This document shows, in pieces, positions 21,165 to 30,360 of a DNA stretch of 64,000 nt. Location: contig UQWP01000001.1 in assembly GCA_900544825.1 (NCBI GenBank), positions 15,881 to 79,880 of the forward strand. Direction: 5' to 3'. The notes beneath the pieces were generated by a model that saw nothing but the letters and a program-made list of their open reading frames with translations, had not been told where the DNA came from and searched no databases. The DNA comes from an uncultured Prevotella sp. (GTDB taxonomy: Bacteria; Bacteroidota; Bacteroidia; Bacteroidales; Bacteroidaceae). The first letter of the stretch is position 1. Every line of letters begins with the position of its first letter. The translations under genes and the position numbers were made by a program.

Positions 21165-23003
21165 TTAGTATATTACCTTCTTTCCTTTATTGGTGATGTA
21201 AAGATGTCCCTTAAGAGGAGTGGCAATCTTCCTGCCTTCCAGATCAAAGTATTCGGTAGGGGTAGAGGTCGCATCCTTATCAATAAGAGTGTTCTCGATA
21301 CCCGTAGCCTTGAAATCCTTGAGGTAGTCGAAGCTGATGATGCCGGTAGTCTCATCCTTTGCGATGTTGTAGAGTGGGCGGGTGGCCATCGTGCTCCAGT
21401 TGAACTTCACTTCAGTCAGACTGTTGATGTCGCTTCCATCCTTTCCTATTTTATAGGCAGGGAATGGGTCGTTCTGGCAGCTCTCCCAATATTGATCTGC
21501 AGTATATTTGTTGTTACCGATATTTGCCTGGTTGATGACCAGACCATCTGCAGGAACAATCGTTACTCTAGGAATACCTACGGTATTGTTTGGGCTGTCC
21601 ATGAGGTGTACTTCATCAATATCGCTGTAATCGATGCGCCATACCAGCAAGCCATATCCTGGAAGCGCCCTGTACCAGCCTTCGTTTCTGATGTTTTGGA
21701 GGAGGAGGAATTCTCCCTTGGCTCTTTCCATCAACTCCTTCTTTTCCTGAACAGTTGGGTTGGTTGTAGGGTAATTCTCGTTGATGCGGAAATTATCTTC
21801 GTTCACATCAGCCTCTATCTGGTAGGATTTTGATGCCTGGTCGTATGGTTCCAGGGTGAGTTGCTGCGCCTGGGTATTATCAAGCGTGGTAGGGGTAGCC
21901 CATCCCATCAGCATCTTCTGCCATGGTGAATAAGGGGTAGGGCGGTAGCCGTTGTCTGTATATTCGCCTGCATCCATCACATCCCAGAACTCTGGTGACT
22001 GGTTGTCGGCATCCTTATACTCGGTATCATAATGATCTGGTAAGCCCATGGTATGAGAGAACTCGTGGCAGAAGAGTCCGATGCCATTGATGGAAGGAAT
22101 TTTTGAATCAGGCGAACCGTTCAACTCGTTGTTGAGACCAAAGCGGCTAACTTTGTAACCATTGTATATCAGGTATTCTTGTGGGGAGAGCTTGTTCCCT
22201 TTTTTATCATATTTTAAAAAAGTGCCGTGACCTGATTTGGGCCAGAGATAGTCATCGGAATTTCCGGCAATACTCTGCGAATAGCCTGCGTATATGATAT
22301 AAACCAAATCTACCAACTTGTCCCCATTGGAATCATATTTAGAAAAATCAACCTTGTCGGCAACCTGAGCACAAGCTTCGCTAATCATCTGCGGGAAATT
22401 CTTATCTTTATCATCTTTATCATCTGCTCCATAGTATGCAGATTTCTGACTGACAGTAACTGGACCTACGATGTCGAACTGTGGGGTGAATTTGCCCATG
22501 CTGCATTCCTTGAAATACTCCTTTACCGAACCGTAGTTGACATCTTCCTGGTTAAATACCTTAGCATCCTGGCTAGGTACTGCTGTGCCGAAATCAGCAT
22601 TGAGGTAATGGTTGAAGGTGGCAACGGGGTCGCTGCTCTTGAACTTCACATCCTGAAAATCTACCAGGATAACCAGCGCCTTAGGCGATCCTGTGTGAGG
22701 AAAATAGGCAGGGGCTATTGAGCCGATGCCGTTTGCTCTAGTCTTGAGGGTATTGATAACTGTAGCTTTTCTGGCATTGAGCGTCTCGGTAGAGATGATT
22801 TCGTATTTCCCGTTATCACTCTTCTTCAGTGGAGTGCCGTCGAGAAGCGAGTAATACGAAAAATGTTCATCTCCATGGAGAGTTGCTGATACGATGGTAC
22901 CATCCACCAGTTGCAACTGGGTGATACCTGGTTTCGCCTTGGCTGCAAACATGGTAGTGGCAGTCATCAAAGCGAGCGTTAGGCATAGGATAATCTTTTT
23001 CAT
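21165..23003 (-). CDS. Secreted M6-family (immune inhibitor A-like) zinc metalloprotease with C-terminal T9SS sorting domain
   Basis: Signal peptide MKKIILCLTLALMTATTMFA. Zinc motif HEFSHTMGLPDHYD (HExxHxxGLPDxYD). C-terminal ~80 aa ending ...YFDLEGRKIATPLKGHLYITNKGKKVIY resembles a Por/T9SS CTD. Confidence 0.8.
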   Translation of the reverse strand: MKKIILCLTLALMTATTMFAAKAKPGITQLQLVDGTIVSATLHGDEHFSYYSLLDGTPLKKSDNGKYEIISTETLNARKATVINTLKTRANGIGSIAPAYFPHTGSPKALVILVDFQDVKFKSSDPVATFNHYLNADFGTAVPSQDAKVFNQEDVNYGSVKEYFKECSMGKFTPQFDIVGPVTVSQKSAYYGADDKDDKDKNFPQMISEACAQVADKVDFSKYDSNGDKLVDLVYIIYAGYSQSIAGNSDDYLWPKSGHGTFLKYDKKGNKLSPQEYLIYNGYKVSRFGLNNELNGSPDSKIPSINGIGLFCHEFSHTMGLPDHYDTEYKDADNQSPEFWDVMDAGEYTDNGYRPTPYSPWQKMLMGWATPTTLDNTQAQQLTLEPYDQASKSYQIEADVNEDNFRINENYPTTNPTVQEKKELMERAKGEFLLLQNIRNEGWYRALPGYGLLVWRIDYSDIDEVHLMDSPNNTVGIPRVTIVPADGLVINQANIGNNKYTADQYWESCQNDPFPAYKIGKDGSDINSLTEVKFNWSTMATRPLYNIAKDETTGIISFDYLKDFKATGIENTLIDKDATSTPTEYFDLEGRKIATPLKGHLYITNKGKKVIY

Positions 23004-23072
23004 CATTATCATGGATAAGTTACTGAATCATTATTATGGATTAGTTTTTGAGCCCACTTCAGAAGCGGGCTA

Positions 23073-23951
23073 TTATTTGAAATAGTATTGTCCCTTCTTC
23101 TGAGTCTGGTTTCCAAACTCGATGGCGTGATGCGGACAATGGTGATAGCAGGTAAAGCAGGTGAGGCAATCCTTATGGTGCAGCCAGACTGGATATTCGC
23201 CATGACCACCCTTGATATCGCCTACCGGACAGACGTTGGCACAGATACCGCACTTCACGCAACGGTCTTTTTCTACGTGGAAGCGCTTGTCGGTGATGAG
23301 TACCTTCTCGAAGAAACCACCCACCACCTTGGTGAAGAACCATGGGATAGGTCCCTTTACCAATCGGGTGATGCCTTCCTTGCGGTCGAAGATCTCCTCG
23401 CAGACTACGGCAAGTTCCTGTGCCGCATTCTCCTTCTTTCGGATTTCACGCTCCTTCGGATCCACATCCATGAACGGCAGACCGATGTACGATTCCGGCA
23501 TGATGAGAGAGTAGGAGGATGATACTTCCGTGATGCCCAGCGCCTGGAGCGAAGGGTTCAGGGAAATCACCTCGTTGAGATTCTCGATGGTAAGTCCGAT
23601 GCTGTCGCCCGCCGTGCAGACGCAATAGGTGAAGGGGCGATTCTCCAGATTGTCATCGGCTTTCGCCTTGTTTTCGATGGTGGCATCAGATGTCTCTCTC
23701 TGAATCAGCTCTCTCTGAATCAGCATCTTGCTGATAAACTCCCTTACCAGTTTCGGCACACGCCATCCATGTACGGGGAAAACGAATCCGAGCCGTTCAT
23801 TCTCTTTCAGAATAAACGGCTCGGCTAAGTTATGGCTTGAATCATCTGCCCTCATGTAAGGAGCGATGGATATCAAGTCTTCACGAGTAGCCGCCGCCAG
23901 TTTCGACGCCGCCCACTTGGTATTTCCTGTTCCAGAAAAATAAAATATCAT
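23073..23951 (-). CDS. EFR1-family ferredoxin (flavodoxin-like N-domain + two 4Fe-4S clusters)
   Basis: MIFYFSGTGNTKW (flavodoxin-like). CVKCGICANVCPV and CLTCFTCYHHCP are 4Fe-4S motifs. Confidence 0.75.
   Translation of the reverse strand: MIFYFSGTGNTKWAASKLAAATREDLISIAPYMRADDSSHNLAEPFILKENERLGFVFPVHGWRVPKLVREFISKMLIQRELIQRETSDATIENKAKADDNLENRPFTYCVCTAGDSIGLTIENLNEVISLNPSLQALGITEVSSSYSLIMPESYIGLPFMDVDPKEREIRKKENAAQELAVVCEEIFDRKEGITRLVKGPIPWFFTKVVGGFFEKVLITDKRFHVEKDRCVKCGICANVCPVGDIKGGHGEYPVWLHHKDCLTCFTCYHHCPHHAIEFGNQTQKKGQYYFK
23694..23723. repeat. Perfect in-frame 15-bp tandem duplication (ctctctctgaatcag x2) inside the ferredoxin gene, encoding LIQRE-LIQRE
   Basis: Seen directly in the sequence. 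The protein reads ...MLIQRELIQRETSD.... Confidence 0.85.
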
Positions 23952-24008
23952 ATCAAGATATCTATCTTATTCTTTCTAATTACTTTCTTGAATTTTGAAA
24001 ATGCAAGA

Positions 24009-24392
24009 TTACTTCTTCTCGTTCATTACGCCCTCGATATAGATGCGAGACATCTCTACATTGCCATTGGTACGAACGGTGATACTCTTCTTGAAATGAC
24101 CAGGGAACATACCCTTGCCATTGTAGGTAACACTGATCTGACCTTTCTGGCCTGGAGCGATTGGCTGCTTGGTATAAGATGGCACGGTGCAACCGCAGCT
24201 AGCGATAGCCTGGTTGATGACGAGAGGCTTATCACCCACATTGGTGAAGGTGAATGTAGCCTTCTGCACTGGAGCGGTCTCATCGAAAGTACCGAAGTTG
24301 TGCACTACCTTTTCAAACTTGATTTCTGCCTGAGCTGAGGCTGTTGCAACCATTGCTACGAGCATAGTCAAAGCCAATATGATTCTTTTCAT
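24009..24392 (-). CDS. DUF1573 domain-containing secreted protein
   Basis: Signal peptide MKRIILALTMLVAMVATASAQA, then FGTFDE...FTFTNVGDKPLVINQAIASCGCTVPSYTKQPIAPGQKGQISVTY, the characteristic DUF1573 pattern. Confidence 0.75.
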   Translation of the reverse strand: MKRIILALTMLVAMVATASAQAEIKFEKVVHNFGTFDETAPVQKATFTFTNVGDKPLVINQAIASCGCTVPSYTKQPIAPGQKGQISVTYNGKGMFPGHFKKSITVRTNGNVEMSRIYIEGVMNEKK

Positions 24393-24519
24393 CTTTATAT
24401 CCTTTCTTTATTAAATTTACTTATTGATGTACCTTGATTATATACTAATTATACGATAATTGTATGCTAATTGGATGCAAAAGTACATATAAAGTTTATT
24501 ATAGCGCTACTTTTTTACA

Positions 24520-27375
24520 TTATTTTATATAATTCTTAAGAAATTTACCAGTTAAGCTCGTTTTGCATGCTGCTACTTCCTCAGGAGTACCAGCTATCAC
24601 GAGGTTACCGCCCTTGTCGCCACCCTCAGGACCGAGGTCGATGATATGGTCGGCACACTTGATGATATCCAGGTTATGTTCGATAACTACCAAGGAATGA
24701 CCACGTTCTATCAGCGCCTGGAAAGCATCGAGCAATCGCTTGATATCATGGAAGTGCAGACCGGTGGTTGGCTCATCGAAGATGAAGAGCGTAGGCGACT
24801 GGTCTTCCTTGCCGATAAAGTAGGCGAGTTTCACACGCTGGTTTTCACCGCCGGAGAGGGTGCTGGAGTTCTGGCCGAGCTTGATATAGCCCAGTCCAAC
24901 CTCCTGCAAAGGCTTGAGCTTGCTGACGATGATGCGGCAGGCATCGAAATCGCCCACATGGTGCTGGAGCTTTTCATCGCTGAAGAACTCTATCGCCTCG
25001 TTCACGGTCATGTTCAGCACATCATTGATATTCTTTCCTCCGTAGTGCACCTCCAGGATATCGTGCTTGAATCGCTTGCCCTTGCATGCCTCGCAGGTAA
25101 GGGTGAGGTCTGCCATAAACTGCATCTCGATGGTTACGTATCCTGCTCCCTTGCATTCCTCGCATCTTCCGCCCTCGGTATTGAAGGAGAAGTATTGTGG
25201 GGTGAATCCCATCTGCTTGGCGAGTGGCTGGTTGGCAAAGAGGGTGCGGATGGCATCGTATGCCTTCAGATAGGTGGCAGGGTTGCTGCGGGTACTCTTG
25301 CCGATAGGATTCTGATCTACAAACTCCACATGCTTGATGGCATCCACATCGCCTTCCAGCGAACTGTATTCGCCAGGTGCATCTGCCACCAGGTCTAGAT
25401 GGCGACGGAGGGCAGGGTAGAGGATTCCCTTGATGAGGGAACTCTTGCCCGAACCGGATACGCCGGTGATGACGGTGAAGATGTTGAGCGGAATCCTAAC
25501 ATCGATGCCGCGGAGATTGTTCATTCGTGCTCCCTTGATCTCGATGGCTCTGTTCCATGCACGATGACTGGTAGGAACGGCAATCTCCTCCTTGTGGGTG
25601 AGATACTGAATGGTATGACTCTCCGGGAATTTCTCCAGAAGGGCTTTCTGCTTCTCTGGGTCGGTGGATGAGTATTCGGATGAAGGACCGGCATATACTA
25701 GTCTTCCACCCAGTCTTCCTGCCTCCGGACCGATATCGATGAGATAATCGGCAGCACGCATAATCTCTTCATCGTGCTCTACTACGACCACGGTGTTGCC
25801 CAACTGCTGCAGCTCTCTCAGAACCTTGATGAGTCGGTCTGTATCTCGGCTATGGAGTCCGATACTTGGCTCGTCGAGGATATACACGCTGCCTACCAGC
25901 GAAGAACCGAGGCTGGTGGTCAGGTTGATGCGCTGGCTCTCTCCTCCGGAAAGGGAGTTGGAGAGACGGTTGAGGGTGAGGTAACCAAGTCCCACATCCA
26001 GAAGGAATTGCAGGCGATGGGTTATCTCTGCCAAGAGTCGCTTGCCCACTTCTCGCTCATGCTCTGTCAGCTCCAGCTTCTGGAACCATGCGCTGAGATT
26101 GGTAATCGACATATCCACCAGTTCGGTGATGCTCTTTCCGCCAATCTTCACATAGTTGGCTTCCTTCTTGAGTCGGGTGCCATGGCAATCCGGACAGATG
26201 GTCTTTCCGCGGAATCGGCTCAGCATCACGCGGTATTGTATCTTGTACTGGTTCTCCTTCACCATTCTGAAGAATTCGTCGATGCTCACTCTGTCGTGTG
26301 GGTCGCGCTTCTTATCTGAAGGCAGTCCATGCCAGAGCCAGTCCTTCTCCTTCTGGGTGAGTTCGTAGTAAGGCTTGAAGATCGGGAAGTTGTATGGCTC
26401 TGCACGTCGGATGAATTCCTTGAGCCACATACCCATCTTCTCTCCACGCCAGCATACCACGCATCCATCGTAGAGACTCATGGAAGTGTTAGGGATGACG
26501 AGCTTCTCGTCGATGCCGATCACGCTTCCGAATCCTTCGCAGGTAGGACAGGCGCCCAATGGGGAATTGAAGGCAAACATATTGTCGGTTGGTTCCTCGA
26601 AGGTGATGCCGTCGGCTTCGAACCGGGTAGAGAAATCGTAGCTGATATTGCTCGGCAGGAAGAGGAGACGGCAGGCACCGTCGCCCTCATAGAAAGCAGT
26701 CTCGGCAGAATCGATGAGGCGGCTGATGTCATCCTTCTCGTCGCTTACCGAAGCACGGTCGATGACGAGGAAGATATCCTCCGGCTTGGCATCGCCCTGG
26801 AAATCGTCGATGCGGATAAATTCACCTTTCACCAGTATGCGTGCGTATCCCTCCTGAAGATACATCTCCAGTTGCTTTTCCAGACTTCTGCCTTCTATGA
26901 TATGTAAAGGGGCAAGGATTACAAACTTGGTGCCCTTGGAAAACTGTCGGGTGCATGCCAGTACATCTTCGGTGGTATGGCGCTTTACTTCCTGTCCGCT
27001 GATAGGCGAATAGGTCTTGCCGATACGGGCGAAGAGCAGGCGCAGGTATTCGTAGATTTCCGTGCTGGTGCCCACGGTAGAACGTGGGTTGCGGGAAATC
27101 ACCTTCTGTTCGATGGCGATGGCAGGAGGCAATCCCTTGATGAAATCACACTCCGGTTTGCTCATTCTGCCCAGAAACTGGCGGGCATACGAAGACAGCG
27201 ACTCCACATACCGGCGCTGTCCTTCGGCATATAGGGTATCGAAAGCCAATGAAGACTTGCCCGACCCGGAGACGCCCGTAATGGCTACAAACTTGCCCTG
27301 TGGTATCTTCACGTCGATATTCTTCAGGTTGTTGGCTCTCGCCCCCTTGATCTCTATATATTTCTCTTTTGACAT
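24520..27375 (-). CDS. uvrA: Excinuclease ABC subunit A (paralog 1)
   Basis: Two ABC ATPase modules ([12 protein letters not shown]..., [12 protein letters not shown]), zinc-finger Cys clusters, LSGGE signatures. Start at MSKEKYIEIKGARANNLKNIDV (27375). The ORF reads through upstream to 27438, but that overlaps rlmH. Confidence 0.95.
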   Translation of the reverse strand: MSKEKYIEIKGARANNLKNIDVKIPQGKFVAITGVSGSGKSSLAFDTLYAEGQRRYVESLSSYARQFLGRMSKPECDFIKGLPPAIAIEQKVISRNPRSTVGTSTEIYEYLRLLFARIGKTYSPISGQEVKRHTTEDVLACTRQFSKGTKFVILAPLHIIEGRSLEKQLEMYLQEGYARILVKGEFIRIDDFQGDAKPEDIFLVIDRASVSDEKDDISRLIDSAETAFYEGDGACRLLFLPSNISYDFSTRFEADGITFEEPTDNMFAFNSPLGACPTCEGFGSVIGIDEKLVIPNTSMSLYDGCVVCWRGEKMGMWLKEFIRRAEPYNFPIFKPYYELTQKEKDWLWHGLPSDKKRDPHDRVSIDEFFRMVKENQYKIQYRVMLSRFRGKTICPDCHGTRLKKEANYVKIGGKSITELVDMSITNLSAWFQKLELTEHEREVGKRLLAEITHRLQFLLDVGLGYLTLNRLSNSLSGGESQRINLTTSLGSSLVGSVYILDEPSIGLHSRDTDRLIKVLRELQQLGNTVVVVEHDEEIMRAADYLIDIGPEAGRLGGRLVYAGPSSEYSSTDPEKQKALLEKFPESHTIQYLTHKEEIAVPTSHRAWNRAIEIKGARMNNLRGIDVRIPLNIFTVITGVSGSGKSSLIKGILYPALRRHLDLVADAPGEYSSLEGDVDAIKHVEFVDQNPIGKSTRSNPATYLKAYDAIRTLFANQPLAKQMGFTPQYFSFNTEGGRCEECKGAGYVTIEMQFMADLTLTCEACKGKRFKHDILEVHYGGKNINDVLNMTVNEAIEFFSDEKLQHHVGDFDACRIIVSKLKPLQEVGLGYIKLGQNSSTLSGGENQRVKLAYFIGKEDQSPTLFIFDEPTTGLHFHDIKRLLDAFQALIERGHSLVVIEHNLDIIKCADHIIDLGPEGGDKGGNLVIAGTPEEVAACKTSLTGKFLKNYIK

Positions 27376-27406
27376 TGAACTTTGAGCTTTGAACTTTATG
27401 ATTAGT
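27373..27406. repeat. Second copy of the leader repeat (CATTGAACTTTGAGCTTTGAACTTTATGATTAG) filling the rlmH-uvrA intergenic space and overlapping the uvrA start codon
   Basis: Near-identical to 18111-18151. Confidence 0.55.
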
Positions 27407-27415
27407 GATCCTCTT

Positions 27416-27886
27416 TTACTCGTGGTGGTAAGGTTCACCTTTTATAATAGTACATGCGCGATAGAGCGCCTCTGTAAAGATGAGGCGTACCATCTGATGC
27501 GAGAAGGTCATCTTGGAAAGGGAGATCTTCTCGTTGGCGCGGTCATATACTGCCTGCGAGAATCCGTAAGGACCTCCGATAACAAACACGAGTCTTCTGG
27601 CTGTAGCCTGCTTGCGCTCTATCCATTTGGCAAACTCGATGCTTCGGAACTCCTGGCCGTGCTCATCCATCAGCACCACGGTATCAGAAGGCTGAATCAG
27701 TTTCAGAATCAGTTCACCCTCCCGTTCCTTCTGCTGCTGTTCGCTGAGACTCTTGGTGTTCTTGAGTTCAGGAATCGTTGTTATGTTGAAGGGCATATAG
27801 TGGGTAATGCGCTCTGCATAATCCTTGATGCCCGCAATGAAATGCTTGTTTACAGTCTTGCCGACTAATATCAGTTCTGTTTTCAT
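27416..27886 (-). CDS. rlmH: 23S rRNA (pseudouridine1915-N3)-methyltransferase RlmH
   Basis: 156 aa SPOUT fold. ...RRLVFVIGGPYGFSQAVYDRANEKISLSKMTFSHQMVRLIFTEALYRA is a canonical RlmH C-terminus. Confidence 0.9.
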   Translation of the reverse strand: MKTELILVGKTVNKHFIAGIKDYAERITHYMPFNITTIPELKNTKSLSEQQQKEREGELILKLIQPSDTVVLMDEHGQEFRSIEFAKWIERKQATARRLVFVIGGPYGFSQAVYDRANEKISLSKMTFSHQMVRLIFTEALYRACTIIKGEPYHHE

Positions 27887-27958
27887 TTTCTAAATGGTAT
27901 CCTCCTTATTATCGCATTAACTCTAAGCAGTAAGCTATAAGCTATTAACTCTAAACTA

Positions 27959-28270
27959 TTAACTCTTATAGTATCCTTTCTTTTCCAACTTCGGGTTCTT
28001 AGGGAACCATCCCTTCTCGCAACGTTGTTTCTGTTCGAAGAGTTCCCCGATGCTCCAGAGACAGGAAGCACCCAGCACACCGAGAAGAGCAGAGCAGAGA
28101 ACATTCGCAACCAGGAAGGCTGCGCCCACGCTGATGATACCCGAAACCAGGAACACCCACCAGTAGCGGGTACCCGTATGATATTCTACCTTGATGACAA
28201 TAGGGTGGAAGAGTCCTATTATTAAAAAGGTGGAAACGGCGATGATGACGCCAGTATAATATAATTCCAT
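27959..28270 (-). CDS. Small integral membrane protein (DUF4491-like)
   Basis: 103 aa with three predicted TM helices. Family assignment is tentative. Confidence 0.5.
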   Translation of the reverse strand: MELYYTGVIIAVSTFLIIGLFHPIVIKVEYHTGTRYWWVFLVSGIISVGAAFLVANVLCSALLGVLGASCLWSIGELFEQKQRCEKGWFPKNPKLEKKGYYKS

Positions 28271-28356
28271 AAGCCTCTTTTTTATTACTTTTTTGTTTCA
28301 ATGTGCAAAAATACAAAAAAAACTCCAATCTTGTTTGGTTTCTCGAATATTTTATA

Positions 28357-28364
28357 TATCTTTG
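28357..28364 (+). promoter_or_regulatory. -7 box TATCTTTG upstream of phosphohexomutase gene
   Basis: TAnnTTTG consensus ~80 nt upstream of the ATG at 28446. Confidence 0.35.
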
Positions 28365-28445
28365 TACGCAAAAAGAGAAATATTGTGCTGTTTTCGGGCA
28401 CAACCCTCTGATTGAATAATATTAATAACAAAATAGAATCAAACT

Positions 28446-30197
28446 ATGGCTAATAACGCAGAATTGATTAAGCAGTGTGAAGAAAGAGCACAGCAGTGGC
28501 TCACACCTGCTTTTGACGAAGAAACTCGTAACGAAGTAAAGGCAATGCTCGAGGCTGAAGACAAGTCAGCGCTCGTAGATGCTTTCTATCAGAACCTGGA
28601 GTTCGGTACTGGTGGTTTGCGCGGTATTATGGGCGCAGGTACCAACCGTATGAACAAATATATCGTTGGTATGGCTACTCAGGGCTTTGCTAACTACATC
28701 CTCAAGGCTTTCCCTGGTGAGGAGAACCTTTCTGTTGTTGTAGGCCATGACTGCCGTAACAACTCTCGTCTCTTCGCAGAGACTGTTGCTGCCATCTTCT
28801 CAGCTAATGGTATCAAGGCTTATCTCTTCGAGAGCCTCCGCCCAACACCAGAGATTTCATTCGCTATCCGCGAGCTCGGTGCCAAGGCTGGTGTCAACGT
28901 TACTGCTTCTCACAACCCTAAGGAGTACAATGGCTACAAGGCTTACTGGAGTGACGGCGCTCAGGTTCTGGCTCCACACGATACAGGTATCATTGAGGAG
29001 GTGAACAAGGTTACTATCGACCAGGTGAAGTTCGAGGCTAACTGGGATAAGATTCAGATTATCGGTGGTGAGATGGATTACGACTATATGACTGCTGTTC
29101 ATTCTGCCATGATTGACCAGGATGTGATCAATCGCCAGAAGGACCTCAACATCGTTTACTCTGCTATGCACGGTACAGGTCGTGTCATCGTGCCTCTCTG
29201 CTTGCGTTCTTGGGGCTTCCAGAACATCAATGTAGTTCCTGAGCAGATGGTTGTAGATGGAAACTTCCCAACAGTGGTTTCTCCTAACCCAGAGAATGCT
29301 GAGGCTATGACTCTCGGTATGAAGCTCGGTACCAAGTTGAACGCTGACCTCGTAGTTGCTACCGACCCTGATGCTGACCGCTTGGCTATCGTTTGCCGCG
29401 ACGACAAGGGTGAGTGGATGATCATCAACGGTAACCAGACAGCTATGATGTTCTGCTACTACATCATCGAGAACAAGAAGAAGTTGGGTAAGTTGAAGCC
29501 AACAGACTTCCTCGTAAAGACCATCGTTACAACAGAGGTTATCGCAGAGATTGCCAAGAAGAACAACGTAGAGTTGCGCGACTGCTACACCGGTTTCAAG
29601 TGGATTGCACGCGAGATTGCAATCTCTGAGGGCAAGCAGCAGTACATCGGTGGTGGTGAGGAGAGCTTCGGCTTCTTGCCATACGATAAGGTACGTGATA
29701 AGGATGCTCCTGCATCTATCTGCTTGATTTGCGAGATTGCTGCCTGGGCTAAGGATCAGGGCAAGACTCTCTACGATCTCCTGATGCAGATCTATGCAGA
29801 GTATGGCTTCAGCAAGGAGTTTACTGTAAACGTGGTTCGTCCAGGTAAGACAGGTGCTGACGAGATCAAGCAGATGATGGCTGACTTCCGTGCCAACCCT
29901 CCAAAGGAGTTGGGTGGCAGCAAGATTGTAACCTGGAAGGATTACCAGAGCTTGGAGGCTAAGCATGCTGATGGCAGTGTAGAGAAGCTCGATATGCCTT
30001 CAACAAGCAATGTACTCCAGTGGTTCTGCGATGACAATACCAAGGTAAGTGTTCGCCCATCTGGTACAGAGCCTAAGATCAAGTTCTATATCGAGGTAAA
30101 GGATCCTTCATTCAAGTGCGCTGGCTGCTACAACCGTTGTACAGCTGCAGCTATGGATAAGATCGAGGCTATCAAGAAGAGCTTGAATCTGGATTAA
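28446..30197 (+). CDS. Phospho-sugar mutase (phosphoglucomutase/phosphomannomutase family)
   Basis: 583 aa. Active-site TASHNPKEYNGYK and metal-binding DPDADR motifs; FGTGGLRG near the N-terminus. Confidence 0.9.
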   Translation: MANNAELIKQCEERAQQWLTPAFDEETRNEVKAMLEAEDKSALVDAFYQNLEFGTGGLRGIMGAGTNRMNKYIVGMATQGFANYILKAFPGEENLSVVVGHDCRNNSRLFAETVAAIFSANGIKAYLFESLRPTPEISFAIRELGAKAGVNVTASHNPKEYNGYKAYWSDGAQVLAPHDTGIIEEVNKVTIDQVKFEANWDKIQIIGGEMDYDYMTAVHSAMIDQDVINRQKDLNIVYSAMHGTGRVIVPLCLRSWGFQNINVVPEQMVVDGNFPTVVSPNPENAEAMTLGMKLGTKLNADLVVATDPDADRLAIVCRDDKGEWMIINGNQTAMMFCYYIIENKKKLGKLKPTDFLVKTIVTTEVIAEIAKKNNVELRDCYTGFKWIAREIAISEGKQQYIGGGEESFGFLPYDKVRDKDAPASICLICEIAAWAKDQGKTLYDLLMQIYAEYGFSKEFTVNVVRPGKTGADEIKQMMADFRANPPKELGGSKIVTWKDYQSLEAKHADGSVEKLDMPSTSNVLQWFCDDNTKVSVRPSGTEPKIKFYIEVKDPSFKCAGCYNRCTAAAMDKIEAIKKSLNLD

Positions 30198-30360
30198 TAA
30201 AAGCTATTGAACTTTATATGAATGTGTGGGGGAGAAATCATCTTCTGCACATTCCTCTGAAAGATATTTTTTGATGCATTATTTAGCTCCAACTTTAAAT
30301 AATGCAATTTCTCGGCGAGAAGTCATCCTGACTTCTCGCCATTTTGAATTTGATAGGTTT

